Source of the DNA: Macrostomum hystrix
Lineage: Eukaryota; Animalia; Platyhelminthes
DNA: 64,000 nt
Reading direction: 5' to 3'
Assembly: GCA_950097015.1 (NCBI GenBank)
Contig: CATNEN010000001.1
Location: 2,170,001 to 2,234,000, forward strand
Shown: piece after piece, positions 34,358 through 48,800 of the stretch
How the letters are laid out: the number at the start of each line of letters is the position of its first letter
How positions within the stretch are numbered: the stretch's first letter is position 1
Made by a program: the position numbers and the translations under genes
Notes under the pieces: generated by a model
What the model was told of the DNA's origin: nothing
The model's database searches: none
What the model saw: the letters and a program-made list of their open reading frames with translations, nothing else

Positions 34358-36300
34358 AGTTTAGGTAGACTGAGAGAGTTTAGGTAGACTAAGAGAGATT
34401 AGGTAGACTGTGAGAGTTTAGGTAGACTGAGAGAGTTTAGGTAGACTGTGAGAGTTTAGGTAGACTGAGAGAGTTTAGGTAGACTGTGAGAGTTTAGGTT
34501 GACTGAGAGAGTTTAGGTAGACTGAGAGAGTTTAGGTAGACTGTGAGAGTTTAGGTAGACTGAGAGAGTTTAGGTAGACTGAGAGAGTTTAGGTAGACTG
34601 AGAGAGTTTAGGTAGACTGTGAGAGTTTAGGTAGACTGAGAGAGTTTAGGTAGACTGTGAGAGTTTAGGTAGACTGAGAGAGTTTAGGTAGACTGTGAGA
34701 GTTTAGGTAGACTGAGAGAGTTTAGGTAGACTGAGAGAGTTTAGGTAGACTGTGTAGGTAGACTGTGAGAGTTTAGGTAGACTGTGTAGGTAGACTGTGA
34801 GAGTTTAGGTAGACTGTGAGAGTTTAGTTTAGGTAGACTGAGAGAGTTTAGGTAGACTGTGAGAGTTTAGGTAGACTGAGAGAGTTTAGGTAGACTGAGA
34901 GAGTTAAGGTAGACTGTGTAGGTAGACTGTGAGAGTTTAGGTAGACTGTGAGAGTTTAGGTAGACTGAGAGAGTTTAGGTAGACTGTGAGAGTTTAGGTA
35001 GACTGAGAGAGTTTAGGTAGACTGTGAGAGTTTAGGTAGACTGAGAGAGTTTAGGTAGACTGAGAGAGTTTAGGTAGACTGTGTAGGTAGACTGTGAGAG
35101 TTTAGGTAGACTGTGTAGGTAGACTGTGAGAGTTTAGGTAGACTGTGAGAGTTTAGTTTAGGTAGACTGAGAGAGTTTAGGTAGACTGTGAGAGTTTAGG
35201 TAGACTGAGAGAGTTTAGGTAGACTGAGAGAGTTAAGGTAGACTGTGTAGGTAGACTGTGAGAGTTTAGGTAGACTGTGAGAGTTTAGGTAGACTGAGAG
35301 AGTTTAGGTAGACTGTGAGAGTTTAGGTAGACTGTGAGAGTTTAGGTAGACTGAGAGAGTTTAGGTAGACTGTGAGAGTTTAGGTAGACTGAGAGAGTTT
35401 AGGTAGACTGAGAGAGTTAAGGTAGACTGTGTAGGTAGACTGTGAGAGTTTAGGTAGACTGTGAGAGTTTAGGTAGACTGAGAGAGTTTAGGTAGACTGT
35501 TAGAGTTTAGGTAGACTGTGAGAGTTTAGGTAGACTGAGAGAGTTTAGGTAGACTGAGAGAGTTTAGGTAGACTGAGGAGTTTAGGTAGACTGAGAGAGT
35601 TTAGGTAGACTGTGAGAGTTTAGGTAGACTGTGAGAGTTTAGGTAGACTGTGAGAGTTTAGGTAGACTGAGAGAGTTTAGGTAGACTGTGTAGGTAGACT
35701 GTGAGAGTTTAGGTAGACTGTGTAGGTAGACTGAGAGAGTTTAGGTAGACTGAGAGAGTTTAGGTAGACTGTGTAGGTAGACTGTGAGAGTTTAGGTAGA
35801 CTGTGTAGGTAGACTGTGAGAGTTTAGGTAGACTGAGAGAGTTTAGGTAGACTGTGTAGGTAGACTGTGAGAGTTTAGGTAGACTGTGAGAGTTTAGGTA
35901 GACTGTGAGAGTTTAGGTAGACTGAGGAGTTTAGGTAGACTGAGAGAGTTTAGGTAGACTGTGTAGGTAGACTGTGAGAGTTTAGGTAGACTGTGTAGGT
36001 AGACTGTGAGAGTTTAGGTAGACTGTGAGAGTTTAGGTAGACTGTGAGAGTTTAGTTTAGGTAGACTGAGAGAGTTTAGGTAGACTGTGAGAGTTTAGGT
36101 AGACTGTGAGAGTTTAGGTAGACTGAGAGAGTTTAGGTAGACTGAGAGAGTTTAGGTAGACTGAGAGAGTTTAGGTAGACTGTGTAGGTAGACTGTGAGA
36201 GTTTAGGTAGACTGTGAGAGTTTAGTTTAGGTAGACTGAGAGAGTTTAGGTTGACTGTGAGAGTTTAGGTAGACTGTGAGAGTTTAGGTAGATTGAGAGA
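34358..36300. repeat. 19-bp satellite (GAGAGTTTAGGTAGACTG[A/T]) with shorter variants and a 329-bp higher-order duplication
   Basis: Visible directly. Rare variants (TTTAGTTTAGG at 34823/35152 and GAGTTAAGG at 34901/35230) recur 329 bp apart. Confidence 0.95.
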
Positions 36301-36882
36301 ACTAAAGAGGGCAATTAGCAAAAGAGTCTGAAAAATCTTGAAAAGCTAAAGATAATAGAATTACTAGTTTAAGGTCAATTAAGACTGTCTGAAATTTAGG
36401 TTAGTCGGTGCATATTTTGCCAAAAATGCTATGTCGAACGAGTTTCTCTTTTTCTCGAGTCGAACTGTTCTCTGCCCGAATTTGAGAGGAGGTAAGGCGG
36501 CAAGTCAATAAAAAGCATTTTGCCGAAATTTTTATCGAATTCACAAAATACAAGTGCAGCTCGCAGTAATGGTGGGCAGGTAACTCGTTTGCGCAGAATT
36601 TAATGAAAGCCATTAAGCCTGAAACAAGCTGCCTTACCTTGGGGGGGCGCGCACCTAGTTAGATAAGGCTATCAGCGACTCGCTCTCTGCTATGTGATTC
36701 ATGGAAAATAACTCGGGCGCGCCTAATAAAAATGGGTCGAATCTTTAGTTTCCTCGAGTCGATTTAGACTGCTAATACTAGCCAAAACCAATTTTATTTT
36801 ACTTTGATTTAACAGCAATAAATCGACAGAGGCTGTTTGAAGCTATCAAACATTGATAATAAAGTTTGTCAACCTGTTCACA

Positions 36883-39800
36883 ATGTCCGAAGTGGAGTAC
36901 AGAGGCAGGGTAAGCATCCGTATTCACACTATACTAAATCTCTAAGATCTGACCGGTACGCATTTCAGTCTACAGACTTTACATAAGGTTAAGCTTTAAA
37001 CTTTTGACCGAGAGGTTAGGATTTCAAATTTCTGTCCACGGACTGAACAGCTGTAGCATTTGAATGCACCATGCAACTTGTGAACTATCGTGAAGTAGGC
37101 AGTGGGTATTTGAATAATTATTAATTATTATTATTAATAAAACACGCACGCCATCTATGGGTGCTGACTTCTTTCTATTTTCTGACAATATTTCACTCGA
37201 CAAAATAAAGAGCATAAAAACGAAGTTTTGTAAGAATTAACTATTGAGCTGGGAAAGGAAGAGCAAAGTTGTTAAAAATCAGAGTAGCAAAAACACAAGG
37301 GACGCCAGGAATAAAAAAATGAATGCATATCGTTAGATGTTATTAGCTTCAGGGCAGCTGTTCCCTTATTTTAGAGATATCTATGATGTACTTTGCTAAA
37401 GCTTCAGTAGTTTCTCTATCGTCTTGTGCAATTATGGATATGATAGAATGTAGTTATGTACACGTTTCAACTAAGTAGTTAATAGTCAGTGGCAGTAACG
37501 GTCAATACCCAGCGTGAGGTAAACATCGTTAGTCGAATTTGATCTCGATCCTGCCACCCTCGATGACAAGAGACTTGACCCCGTGGCCAGCAGTGGACTT
37601 ACCGGAGTTTCGGCCAGGCTCCGCTACAGCAGGTTGCCCGCTTGATGGACCACTGACGTTCGTCGGACGACTGGAGTCCTGCAAAGCGTCGGAAGCAATC
37701 CTCGCAACCTTGGCCGATGGGCCTATGTAGCGTTCAAGCGCAGCGGAACTGTGACCAGTAACCTTGGCAATCTCAGGCCTCGACATCCCAACATCACGCA
37801 ATGTTGTGGCACATGTCTTCCGCAGGGACTGATTGCTGTAGCAACCAGTGGTCGGCTCAGGTAGACCGTCCATCAGCGTCCGCACTACAGAGTCGAGAGT
37901 GTGTCGCCCGAGAACCTGGTTCTGGAACCACTTCCCAGCACTAACAGCAGCTTCACTGCGAAACCAGGACAAAAAGAGCTGCTGCTTCGAGCAGTTGGCG
38001 GGACGCAGGCTGACGTATCGCTTGTAGAGGCAGATGAGACAGCGGTAGTGATCCGACGAATGGTAAGCGGCGTTTCTCTTGATCGGTCGATTGAACGTCT
38101 TCAGGCCGCAGGGTCGCGTCTTGGAAACCGCAGTCTCGGCATACACCAGAACCTCCTCAGCGCCCTCATTCGTTAGTTGGATCTGCTTGTTATACTCCAG
38201 AGAGTGAAGCTCGTGTCCGCCACGAAGCCCAGACACTTTCCCTATAAGGAAAATCACCGTGAAAACCAGCATCTTAGGCGTACTATCTCCGAGCATTCCG
38301 CGATCCCAAAGTGAGGCCTCATCACAGCAGCAATAGGGGCGGCAGTCCGACTCCCATTCATGTTCCCTTCCTTGGCGGTCTCACGCATAGCAGCATCCAG
38401 GGCCCTCCACGTAGTTGCAAATTCGGCGTCCGTCCAGATAGACATCTGCTGCTTCAAGGTGTAGACATAATAGTGCTGAATCATTGCCACTAAGTCCTTG
38501 AGACTACCCGGTGGGTATTTCTCTCCATTCTCCTTACGAATCTCGAAGACGAAGAATTGGAGAAGCTCATTCACCTCAGACTTTGACAGCACCTCAAGTG
38601 GCTTTATCACCATGAGTCCGGGCACGTCGCCTTGCGCTTGCAACTGGACGCGACTTTCCTTCCACGTTCGAAACACCTTGACAGCCCACTTCTCCTTCGC
38701 ACGCGTAGCGTCGGGCAAACTCTCCGCCATCCTACGCTCCACGTCGTCGGCACTTAACACCTCACCAACACGAGTAGTATCAAGCAACGGCAGAAACTTC
38801 ACATCGGTGGCGGGTGAGGCTTCAAAAGAGTCCAAGAATGCAGAAAAGTCTAATTCTTCTTCAGCGTCGGCCATCGTGGATGCAAATAAACTCGAAGCTA
38901 GCAAGACTGATCTCTCTCTCTGACTGACTGAGCCAGCATCGAATTTCATATAAAATCGTGGCCGTTCAATTTGCAGTCTATGGTCTAAACTCTAAGCTAG
39001 CGAGAATGTTCTCTCTAACTGACTGACTGAGCCAGCATCGAATTTCATATAAAATAGCTACATGTTTGAAGCGTTTCGCGTCAATAAATGATTTGCGGCC
39101 CATTATTTGGCGCCCATTATACGGTTTAATGGGCCCCGTTTTCGGGACCATTATATGGCACACTGGTTTAAGACTTCGCATTTTCCAACCATAGACGATA
39201 GATTCGTGGCTCAGAATGCGCCCATTAAACGTCCATTAACGACGAAATCGGATTTTATATACACAATTTTGTCATCAGCTGTTAGGCTTTCGAAATTTCG
39301 AACAGTACCTGCTACTTTCTCTATGAATTTATTTCTAATTGGAACATAAACGGACCAATCGCATCTAAAAAGAATATGAGTTTCGTTCTCTACCTCGACT
39401 CTACATTTTGGGCATGTTCTGTTTTCATAGTCGATTTTCGGTCTTACAGTGCGCAATGTCTCACAGGCCAGTTTGTGGTTTCCTAGACGAAATCGGGACA
39501 TTGTGCGCCTTTGTTCTGGGTTAGAGATTATTGTTAGGTACTTTTCTCTATAGAGAAATCTTTCTTAAACGTGTAATAGAAGTGGCTGAGCTTGGCTGCT
39601 TTTCCCATCCTCTGAGTCCAGTGCCTTCGAAACTCTGACTCAAAGTTCTCTCTGTGCGTTTTGATGGACTTTGTTTTTCTAGTCTGTTGACAATTCCGCA
39701 TTACTTCACTGCTCATTTTTTCCCCAATGCCAACATCGCTGTATTCTGTATCTGCCACCAATTTCGCGATGATGGAGTCTGGTCGGCTCCGAACTGAGGA

Positions 39801-42800
39801 CCAGTATTGAAGGCTTCTTTTTTGAATACTATATAATAGTGGTAGTCTTCCTAATTCGGACCGAGCACCATTGCTGTCAGTGTTTGGACTAACTTGCAGA
39901 ATCGACTTGCAGATTCTAAAATTAATTCTCTCTATAAGGTTCCGATCCCAAGTACCCAGTTTCCAGGAGACAAAGGCTCCCCAGGCCTCTGATGCATAGA
40001 GAACTATGCTTTCAATCATAGTTGTGCTAAACAGGATGAGTCTGTTTGTGTTTTACTCTCTGAAATCCCGCCAACTTTCTCAGAAGCATTATTGGATATC
40101 CACTTTTTTACCTAGTTCTATGGCATGAGTATCTATTGTACCCTTCACGTTCATGTGAAACCCAAGATATTTCCACTGACATACATCGTTAAAATGTGCT
40201 TTTGACGTGGCACGCTGGCGTTGTAAGGACTTATCAGTTCTAATGAAAACTTTAGTAATGTATTGTACCCTTCACGTTCATGTGAAACCCAAGATGTTTC
40301 CACTGCTGTACGGGTTCACTGCTGTAACGTGCGGTGAATGAAAACAAATAACTATAATCCTGCTATAACTTCAGTTGCCATGTATTGCAAACCATCATAT
40401 TATTCAACTACTATATGAAACCGAAGATATGTATAAAGTATTTTCTAGGCTGCTATTCAGGAAGTAATTTTCAAAATTTCGTTTTTTAACGGTATATACT
40501 TTTACAAAGCTTTTTTTTTCTTTAGCAAAACAATTCGGATGAACCAGGCGAGCGCACAGACGAGCAGCCACAGCAACAGGCTTTCAGTTCGTCGGCTGCC
40601 ATCGTGTTCTCCTGTCTTGGCACCGTGGTTGGTACCGGCAATATTTGGCGCTTCCCAAGGATTGCGGCACAGAACAGCGCCTCGCAGGGTGAAGACTCAC
40701 AATACTTAAAGCAGACACTTTTATTTGTCACTAGTGAAAATGAAACAAAATTATTCGAGAGCACGAGAAGGAAGCTCACATTCCAATGAAGTACCAGAAG
40801 GTATTTTACATCCCACAGAAGTACCAGTAGGTATTTTACATCCCACAGAAGTACCAGTAGGTATTTTACATCTCATAGAAGAACCAGAAGGTATTTTACA
40901 TCCCATAGAAGTACCAGTAGGTATTTTACATCCCACAGAAGTACCAGTAGGTATTTTACATCTCATAGAAGAACCAGAAGGTATTTTACATCCCATAGAA
41001 GTACCAGTAGGTATTTTACATCCCACAGAAGTACCAGTAGGTATTTTACATCTCATAGAAGTACCAGTAGGTATTTTACATCCCATAGAAGTACCAGAAG
41101 GTATTTTACATCCCATAGAAGTACCAGTAGGTATTTTACATCTCATAGAAGAACCAGAAGGTATTTTACATCCCATAGAAGTACCAGTAGGTATTTTACA
41201 TCCCATAGAAGTACCAGTAGGTATTTTACATCCCATAGAAGTACCAGTAGGTATTTTACATCCCACAGAAGTACCAGTAGGTATTTTACATCCCACAGAA
41301 GTACCAGTAGGTATTTTACATCTCATAGAAGTACCAGTAGGTATTTTACATCCCATAGAAGTACCAGAAGGTATTTTACATCCCATAGAAGTACCAGTAG
41401 GTATTTTACATCTCATAGAAGAACCAGAAGGTATTTTACATCCCATAGAAGTACCAGTAGGTATTTTACATCCCATAGAAGTACCAGTAGGTATTTTACA
41501 TCCCATAGAAGTACCAGTAGGTATTTTACATCCCATAGAAGTACCAGTAGGTATTTTACATCCCATAGAAGTACCAGTAGGTATTTTACATCCCATAGAA
41601 GTACCAGAAGGTATTTTACATCCCATAGAAGTACCAGTAGGTATTTTTACATCCCACAGAAGTACCAGTAGGTATTTTACATCTCATAGAAGTACCAGTA
41701 GGTATTTTACATCCCATAGAAGTACCAGAAGGTATTTTACATCCCATAGAAGTACCAGAAGGTATTTTACATCCCATAGAAGTACCAGAATGTATTTTAC
41801 ATCCCATAGAAGTACCAGTAGGTATTTTACATCCCATAGAAGTACCAGAAGGTATTTTACACCCCATAGAAGTACCAGTAGGTATTTTACATCCCATAGA
41901 AGTACCAGAAGGTATTTTACATCCCATAGAAGTACCAGAAGGTATTTTACATCCCATTGAAGTTCAGAAGGAATTTTGAATCCCACTGAAGTACCATAGA
42001 TAAATACCATTTCTGAGGTCCTAGTTAGTATGTGACTTCCTTTACCGCGCTTACTAAATTTACTCCTTGGGTAGACTTTGAGTGAACTTTTAGCTAGTGA
42101 TTAGAGCTTCGGACTTGTGACCGAGAGGTCTATGGAATGAACAGCTGTACTCAGAATTTGGAAGCGCTACGCAATAGAACGACTCACAACTCTAGATGCA
42201 ATTTATATCGATATATCTATATGAAATACGAAAACCTCAAATTGAAATCACAGGTACGCTGATCTTCCTCATCACATGGGTTGTGTTCCTCTTTCTATGG
42301 TCCTCTCCAATGCTGCTAATTGAATACGCTATCGGGCGCTACTTCAAGAAGTCGCCAATCCAGTCGTTCAGGAAGGCGATGGGCGACAAGTTTGTCTGGT
42401 GCGGCGCCTGGGTCACCATGGTTACCTTTATGATCAGGTGAGAGCGTAATTGCACTTCTGAGATGGTGCGTTTGGAATCTACTCGTACTTTATCTGGTGG
42501 TTCTAATTGCGTTGTAATAATACAAGTTTGTAGATTTTAGCGGTAATATGATCGAATATGTCATTACAAAAAACCAGGTAAATAGTAATACAAAATGATA
42601 AATAATACGAAATCGGATGTAAGAAGCTTGGGCCTGCAATTGTTTGGGCCATAGACTAAAAATTCAATGCAATTATCCTGGTCCTCGCCTTGACAGCAAT
42701 CAGTTTGACTTCTTCAGACTTTTTGGCGTTCTCGCACAGTCAGCAAAGCGATAGCAGCCGCGAATGCTGCACCAAGTAGGCAGCTGACACACATCAGGGC

Positions 42801-45800
42801 GTAGTTGAGCGCCCCCATTGAAAGGCTCTCTATGGCGGGCCCTGCGAGATTTCATGTGTGCGGGATTGGTAAAGTTGTTCAACTGTAGAAAGACTGTGTG
42901 GGTGTTTCTAATAGCAACATTTTTATTTTATCTGTATGTCCCAAGATATTCAACTAATCGCAACGAAAATCCTGAATACGGCCTAAAATTTTCCGACGAA
43001 ACAACTTCCAACATCCGCATCGTCTAGATATTCAACGATTCTCGTCGAGGTGTCTGGTAGCAGAAAGCACCAATATAGGCTTAATTTTTCTGCTCGCAAA
43101 ATGTTATTATGTAACCATGACGAGTATTATTATTGTCATTTTTTTGTATTGATTAAATCGTTAATTAATAAACCAATATGGATTCACCAGAGAGGTTTAC
43201 ACAGAGCACTGTTAGTTGTCCCTGAATATCTCGACGATGCTGACGCCAGATGGACAGTTAGTTCATCACAAAGGGTGGAACATTTTGATCCGTGTGTTGG
43301 ACTTTCACGAAAATCGGTCATTCGGTTTTGGAGTTATCGTGAATTAGGCATTGGGTATTTGAAATACCCCCTGTGCCTGGGGGGAATATCGTGGTTTTTT
43401 ACTGTTAAATCATCGACAGTAGATATAAAAAAGCCACTTACTGTAAGCCACACATCGATATCGCATTAGAAATCCCCTATATGAGTGTGTCTCGCTGCGG
43501 TGCGCTGAATCGCTCAGGAATGTGACTAGCAGGTGTCGCTTCGAGCTGATGCTCAGGTTGCGATTAGTTGTTGAGCAGAAGCCGGGACTGCCGCAATAAC
43601 GGGCTGGAGAATAGTCCCATTGTCGCTTGCCTGATTGTAGGTTGGGAGATTTAGGTCCGATGAAATGGTAGACTGTACGATCGTGATTCTAACTCAAGGA
43701 GTTGCATGAGTTAAAATTTCTTCTCTCTCCAGTCTCATCTCTCTCCTACTTCACTCGGATAGGGCGGATAGCTCAGTCAGTAAGGTGTCGGACTCTGGAT
43801 CAGATGGTCCTGGGTTCGACTCCCGACCTAGTCTAGAACTATTCGTGCAGCCTTTGGCAAGCTGCTTTGCCCTGATGTGCACACAGTCTACTCAGCTGCA
43901 AATGAGTACCGACATTTCGTCGGTAAAAATAATTCCGGCTGGCGTGGAATAAAGCAGTTCTGTGGGGCAATTCAGGTTTGGATGCTGCCGATATGTTTGG
44001 AAATACATAAACTCCATTGCTGACACGCTGCTGTCAACCGGTGTCCGAGAGAGCCGGGGAGTACAATAGGTGTGCAGTCCCCTCCTGCTAGTGTGCTAGA
44101 CACACAGCACCTGCACTGGCCATTGGGTCTAGTGTAAAATTATTATTATAACATTTTTACTTCACTCACCATCGCGGACTTCAACAAAGTCCCTAGTACA
44201 GGACGGGCTCTCCTGCAGCTGGTAATCCATCATTTCCAGCTCCACTCGATATTGAGCATCGTCTAAATTGCCAGCTGACTGCCGACAGTTGCACGACGAA
44301 AGCACCCAGCGGCACGTGGTCCGACTAAAATAGGAAGAAATAATTTCTGCCCTAAGGCTACTCAGTTATTTCGTGTGCTCATCAGTAACTCACTCTGGAT
44401 AGCTGTTAGGATAGTTGGGACTGCTGATGGTTTGGTAATCCCAATTAGCGTGCACCTGATAGTACTCAGCGCAGCTGCCTGAGTTCGCAACCCTGTCGCA
44501 CGGTGATCCGGCTGGAGACCTGTTCTCACCTAAACGAAAACCAAATTTGAATTAAAAACTTTGATATCGATTTGCTCTTTAGAATATTTTCTTAGTAAAT
44601 TTAAAAGTCTTACACGAATCAGCCAGTAGTCTCGAGAGCAGCTGCAGAACCAACAGGATCAGTGGAAGACGCTTTGAAGCCGACATATTTCTTATTTTCT
44701 AAATGTGGAAAATCTCTTCAGATGCTGAGATTGTCGGCTCAAAAATCCTGAACAAAAAATTCGATGGCACATAGTATAAAACCAGCCAGCCGACAAACCG
44801 AAAGAACCGCGATAAAACCCGGTGTTGTGTACCTTTGATAAGAGACTGACTGTTCGGAGTTACATTCAACTTCTTGTTTGCTTATACGTTGAAGTGTGAT
44901 AATAAATGCTGCATGCGCTTACTCTGCGCTTTCCTGAAGCCGAGATTCGAACACAGGAACCCCTCTGGCATGTTAAGAGGCCGAGTAGCAAATCAGGAGT
45001 ATCGTCCTGAGCTCGATTCCGTGTCAAGGCCTCATTCATTTCGGACGGCTTGGAGGCTTTCATAGGGTCAACACACAAGGCAGGATCAGACGATAAGAAA
45101 GTCAGGGTAGATGTACCTGTGTCACCAATTCCCACATCCCTCCTGTACTACTAGTAGTAGCCCTTGGCACAAACTCACACAGGTGAATTGGAAAAAAAAT
45201 ACGAATGCTAGAAAAAAGTTGGGACACGTACAAAAGATTACATGTAGAGCAAAAGCGTTCCTGTTTTCGTCAATGTTTTATTAATTTCAGTAGTGTTTTT
45301 TATATCTTATGCAGTAGTATGGTACGCGAATTGATTCCGTGATAAAATACCCACCTGCAGCTGCTACTATTCTGTGGTGCTAGGCTGGTGCTTCTACTAC
45401 GTGTTCCAGTCTATCTACATGTCTGCAACTGGAGATTTGCCGCAGAGTGAGCCGGAGAGTTTAAAAATATTTGAGGAATTCGCTGTGAGTAGTTCAGAAT
45501 GTCTTTTTATTTGCTGCGAGCTGGTTAGCCATGGGGGTTGCTTGTTGCGCCGTATTTTGTGCGTAAGTTATTGGAATTTTTTTTATGCACAGGTCTCAAC
45601 CACTATCGGCTAGTCAGGACAAACATGTCAGGTGATATATAGGGCAGTTACCTGTTAGACAGAGTGATCACAAGTCAATCAGGACCCTTAACTGTTAGAT
45701 AGTACTCTAATCTATTAGAAAGCACTCTGATCTATTAGACCGGACCCTTGTATGTCTGACAGGACCCTGTCTGTCAGTCAGGACCCTTATCTGTAGGATA

Positions 45801-48800
45801 TGAACTTTTCCTGTTAGACGGGACCCTTGTCTATCAGACAGGACCCATATCTATCAGACAGGACCCATATCTATCAGACAGGACCCATATCTATCAGACA
45901 GGACCCTTATCTATCAGACAGGACCCATATCTATCAGACAGGACCCATATCTATCAGACAGGACCCATATCTATCAGACAGGACCCTTATCTATCAGACA
46001 GGACCCATATCTATCAGACAGGACCCTTATCTATCAGACAGGACCCACATCTATCAGACAGGACCCATATCTATCAGACAGGACCCACATCTATCAGACA
46101 GGACCCATATCTATCAGACAGGACCCTAGAAATCTATCGCGTCCTCATTGCTCGTAGGAGAAAAGCTCCTGGCCAATCCTGTGTCACGGCTTGGCGATTC
46201 TGGCCTCTGGCGCCTGCGTCATCGGCGGCATCACGTGGATTGAGAAGGCCAACATGATCTTGGTGCCAACCCTGCTGCTTATCATTATTGGCACCTATTG
46301 TTGGTCTGTAGTTCAGAAATACAGCGACTACGGCATCAGGTTCTTGTTCACACCTGACCTGGGTAGGTATCAATTGTTTGTTTACCATTTGAAAATTCCA
46401 AAAAAGTGGGTTGTACATCTTATCCTGACTATCTATCTAAAACTAAATGTACTTAGGGAATTCCCCGCTCACGTGAACAGGTAGATATGTGCAGGGTTGA
46501 CAATTACAATAATTGAAGATTTCCCGTGATTTATATCGCAGAATCGCTGCGGGATCCGCGACTGTGGGTGGACTCGGCGTCACAGAACGCATTCGACACC
46601 GGGGCTGCGATGGGCCTCATTGTGCCCTACGCTACTTATATGACTAGGAAGAATGGCGTGGTCAGATTCTCTACGCTGATCCCTGCTATGAACAATTTTG
46701 TCAGGTGAGATTCCCTTTGTGCATATAATAATAATTTTATGAAGGCTGCTAGCACTGGCACATTATTCGGTGTCAGTAGACCCGCAGCCAGCGAGGAGGC
46801 AAATCTGCCTGTTCCGCTGACTTCTGAGCACACGCGCACACAAGTGTGTACATGTGCCCTGAGTTTGTCATATCTCATCACTAATTTCTACTGATTCGCA
46901 TAAACTCCACAGCCTGCTATGCGCCTTGACGATCTTCTCTACCGTGTTCTCAACGCTAGTCCTGACCCAGAGCACCCTGTCTCGCACGGGCATTGTGGAG
47001 ATCATCAAGGAGTCTGGTCCAGCCTCCACTGGCCTGACCTTTATCTGGATTCCTGTGCTGTTCTCCCAGGTTGGCATCCTAGGGAAGGTTCTCTGCGTCC
47101 TGTTCTTTCTCTGTTTGAGCTTCGCCGGTGTGAGCTCGCTAATTGCCAATTTTGAGTTGACTTCGCTCACTCTGCAGGATTTTGGCGGTGAGTTACAATA
47201 TTTAGCCCTGACCTTCAGTTCCAAAAAGAGTGCACACTTTATCGATTCCGTCGTGTCCTCTTCGAATCCTTGGTGTCTCTCTTCAAATCCGTGCAGGTGT
47301 CTCTCTTCAAATCCGTGCAGGTGTCTCTCTTCAAATCCGTGGTGTCTCTCTTCAAATCCGTGCAGGTGTCTCTCTTCAAATCCGTGCAGGTGTCTCTCTT
47401 CAAATCCGTGCAGGTGTCTCTCTTCAAATCCGTGCAGGTGTCTCTCTTGAAATCCGTGCAGGTGTCTCTCTTGAAATCCGTGCAGGTGTCTCTCTTCAAA
47501 TCCGTGGTGTTTCTCTTCAAATCCGTGCAGGTGTCTCTCTTGAAATCCGTGCAGGTGTCTCTCTTGAAATCCGTGCAGGTGTCTCTCTTGAAATCCGTGC
47601 AGGTGTCTCTCTTGAAATCCGTGCAGGTGTCTCTCTTCAAATCCGTGCAGGTGTCTCTCTTGAAATCCGTGCAGGTGTCTCTCTTCAAATCCGTGCAGGT
47701 GTCTCTCTTGAAATCCATGCAGGTGTCTCTCTTCAAATCCGTGCAGGTGTCTCTCTTGAAATCCGTGCAGGTGTCTCTCTTCAAATCCGTGCAGGTGTCT
47801 CTCTTGAAATCCATGCAGGTGTCTCTCTTCAAATCCGTATCCCACGGAGTATTCTAAGGTCGATCTCTCGACTCGATATTTTTTACAGTTTAAAAGTTTC
47901 AAAACTTTTGTTTTTGGGGAATCAAAGCTTATATACTCTGAATTTCAGTTCCACGAAAGTATGGCACACCGTTAGTCATTGTGGCCACTTTTCTAATTGG
48001 CTTGGCTTCGGCCATGGAAATTGAGATACTTCGAAACCAGGTCAGAAATGGTGGACAATTCGACCATTCGGCTCATTGTTTCAATATAACATGTTGCCAT
48101 TTTCACCTTGCAATTTCGTTACAGGACTTTGTCTGGGGCTTTGCCCTGATGCTATCTGGGATTATGTTCCAATTTCTTGTGATCAAGTACGGCTTTAGAA
48201 ATTTCCAACGAGAGCTTGTAAACGACTACGGCGAGAATGACTGGAAGCTAACGATCGTTACAATGATTATCATCATGTAAGTTTTGCATGAAGTTTTTAC
48301 GTTTTACGTTACGTTTTTACGTTAAGATTTGCTCGTTTGCTCCGTTAGGGGGCAGGTGTAATCACTCGGTTACTCACTATTGAGACACTAATCACACCTG
48401 TTCCTCGACTAACTCAGCGTAATCGCGCCGATTGAAGCGGTTGGCCTGCTAGTCTGGTGGGCTTTCGAGTTGATTCGCAGCACCAAAGACGCCCAGCCTG
48501 GTCAGCGTTGGTACGATTACGGCGTTGAAACATTTGTCACCGTGATCACAGAGGTGAGTATGAGACTAGTGCTTCATTACTCTTTTGTTATGGTGTCTAA
48601 TTATAAGCTTTTCGATATTTCTATTCCTAGTTGCCGATAAAATCCAGTTTTTTTACATTTTACCGGAAATTAAGCTAAACTAATGTCTGTCACGCACTGA
48701 AGTTTAGACAGCCAGAGGCGCTCGATGCACTTCTGGGCTGAGCAATCGATTTAATGAGTTGTTGCGAGCTCAAAATTAGAAAGATCACTTTTCAATATGA

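Larger units (their letters stand above)
37134..39260 (-). mobile_element. Crypton-type tyrosine-recombinase DNA transposon (boundaries approximate)
   Basis: Encloses the recombinase ORFs. It is bounded on the left by an AT-rich SINE-like tail and on the right by a LINE remnant, and has short inverted ATAAAA/TTTTAT motifs at the presumed ends. Confidence 0.65.

Noticed and set aside
40725-41960. 411-aa and 291-aa repeat ORFs
   Set aside because: These arise from a 30-bp minisatellite inside an SLC6 intron.
46868-48024. Repeat ORFs (ERHLHGF)n and (GVSLQIRA)n
   Set aside because: These arise from an intronic 24-bp minisatellite.
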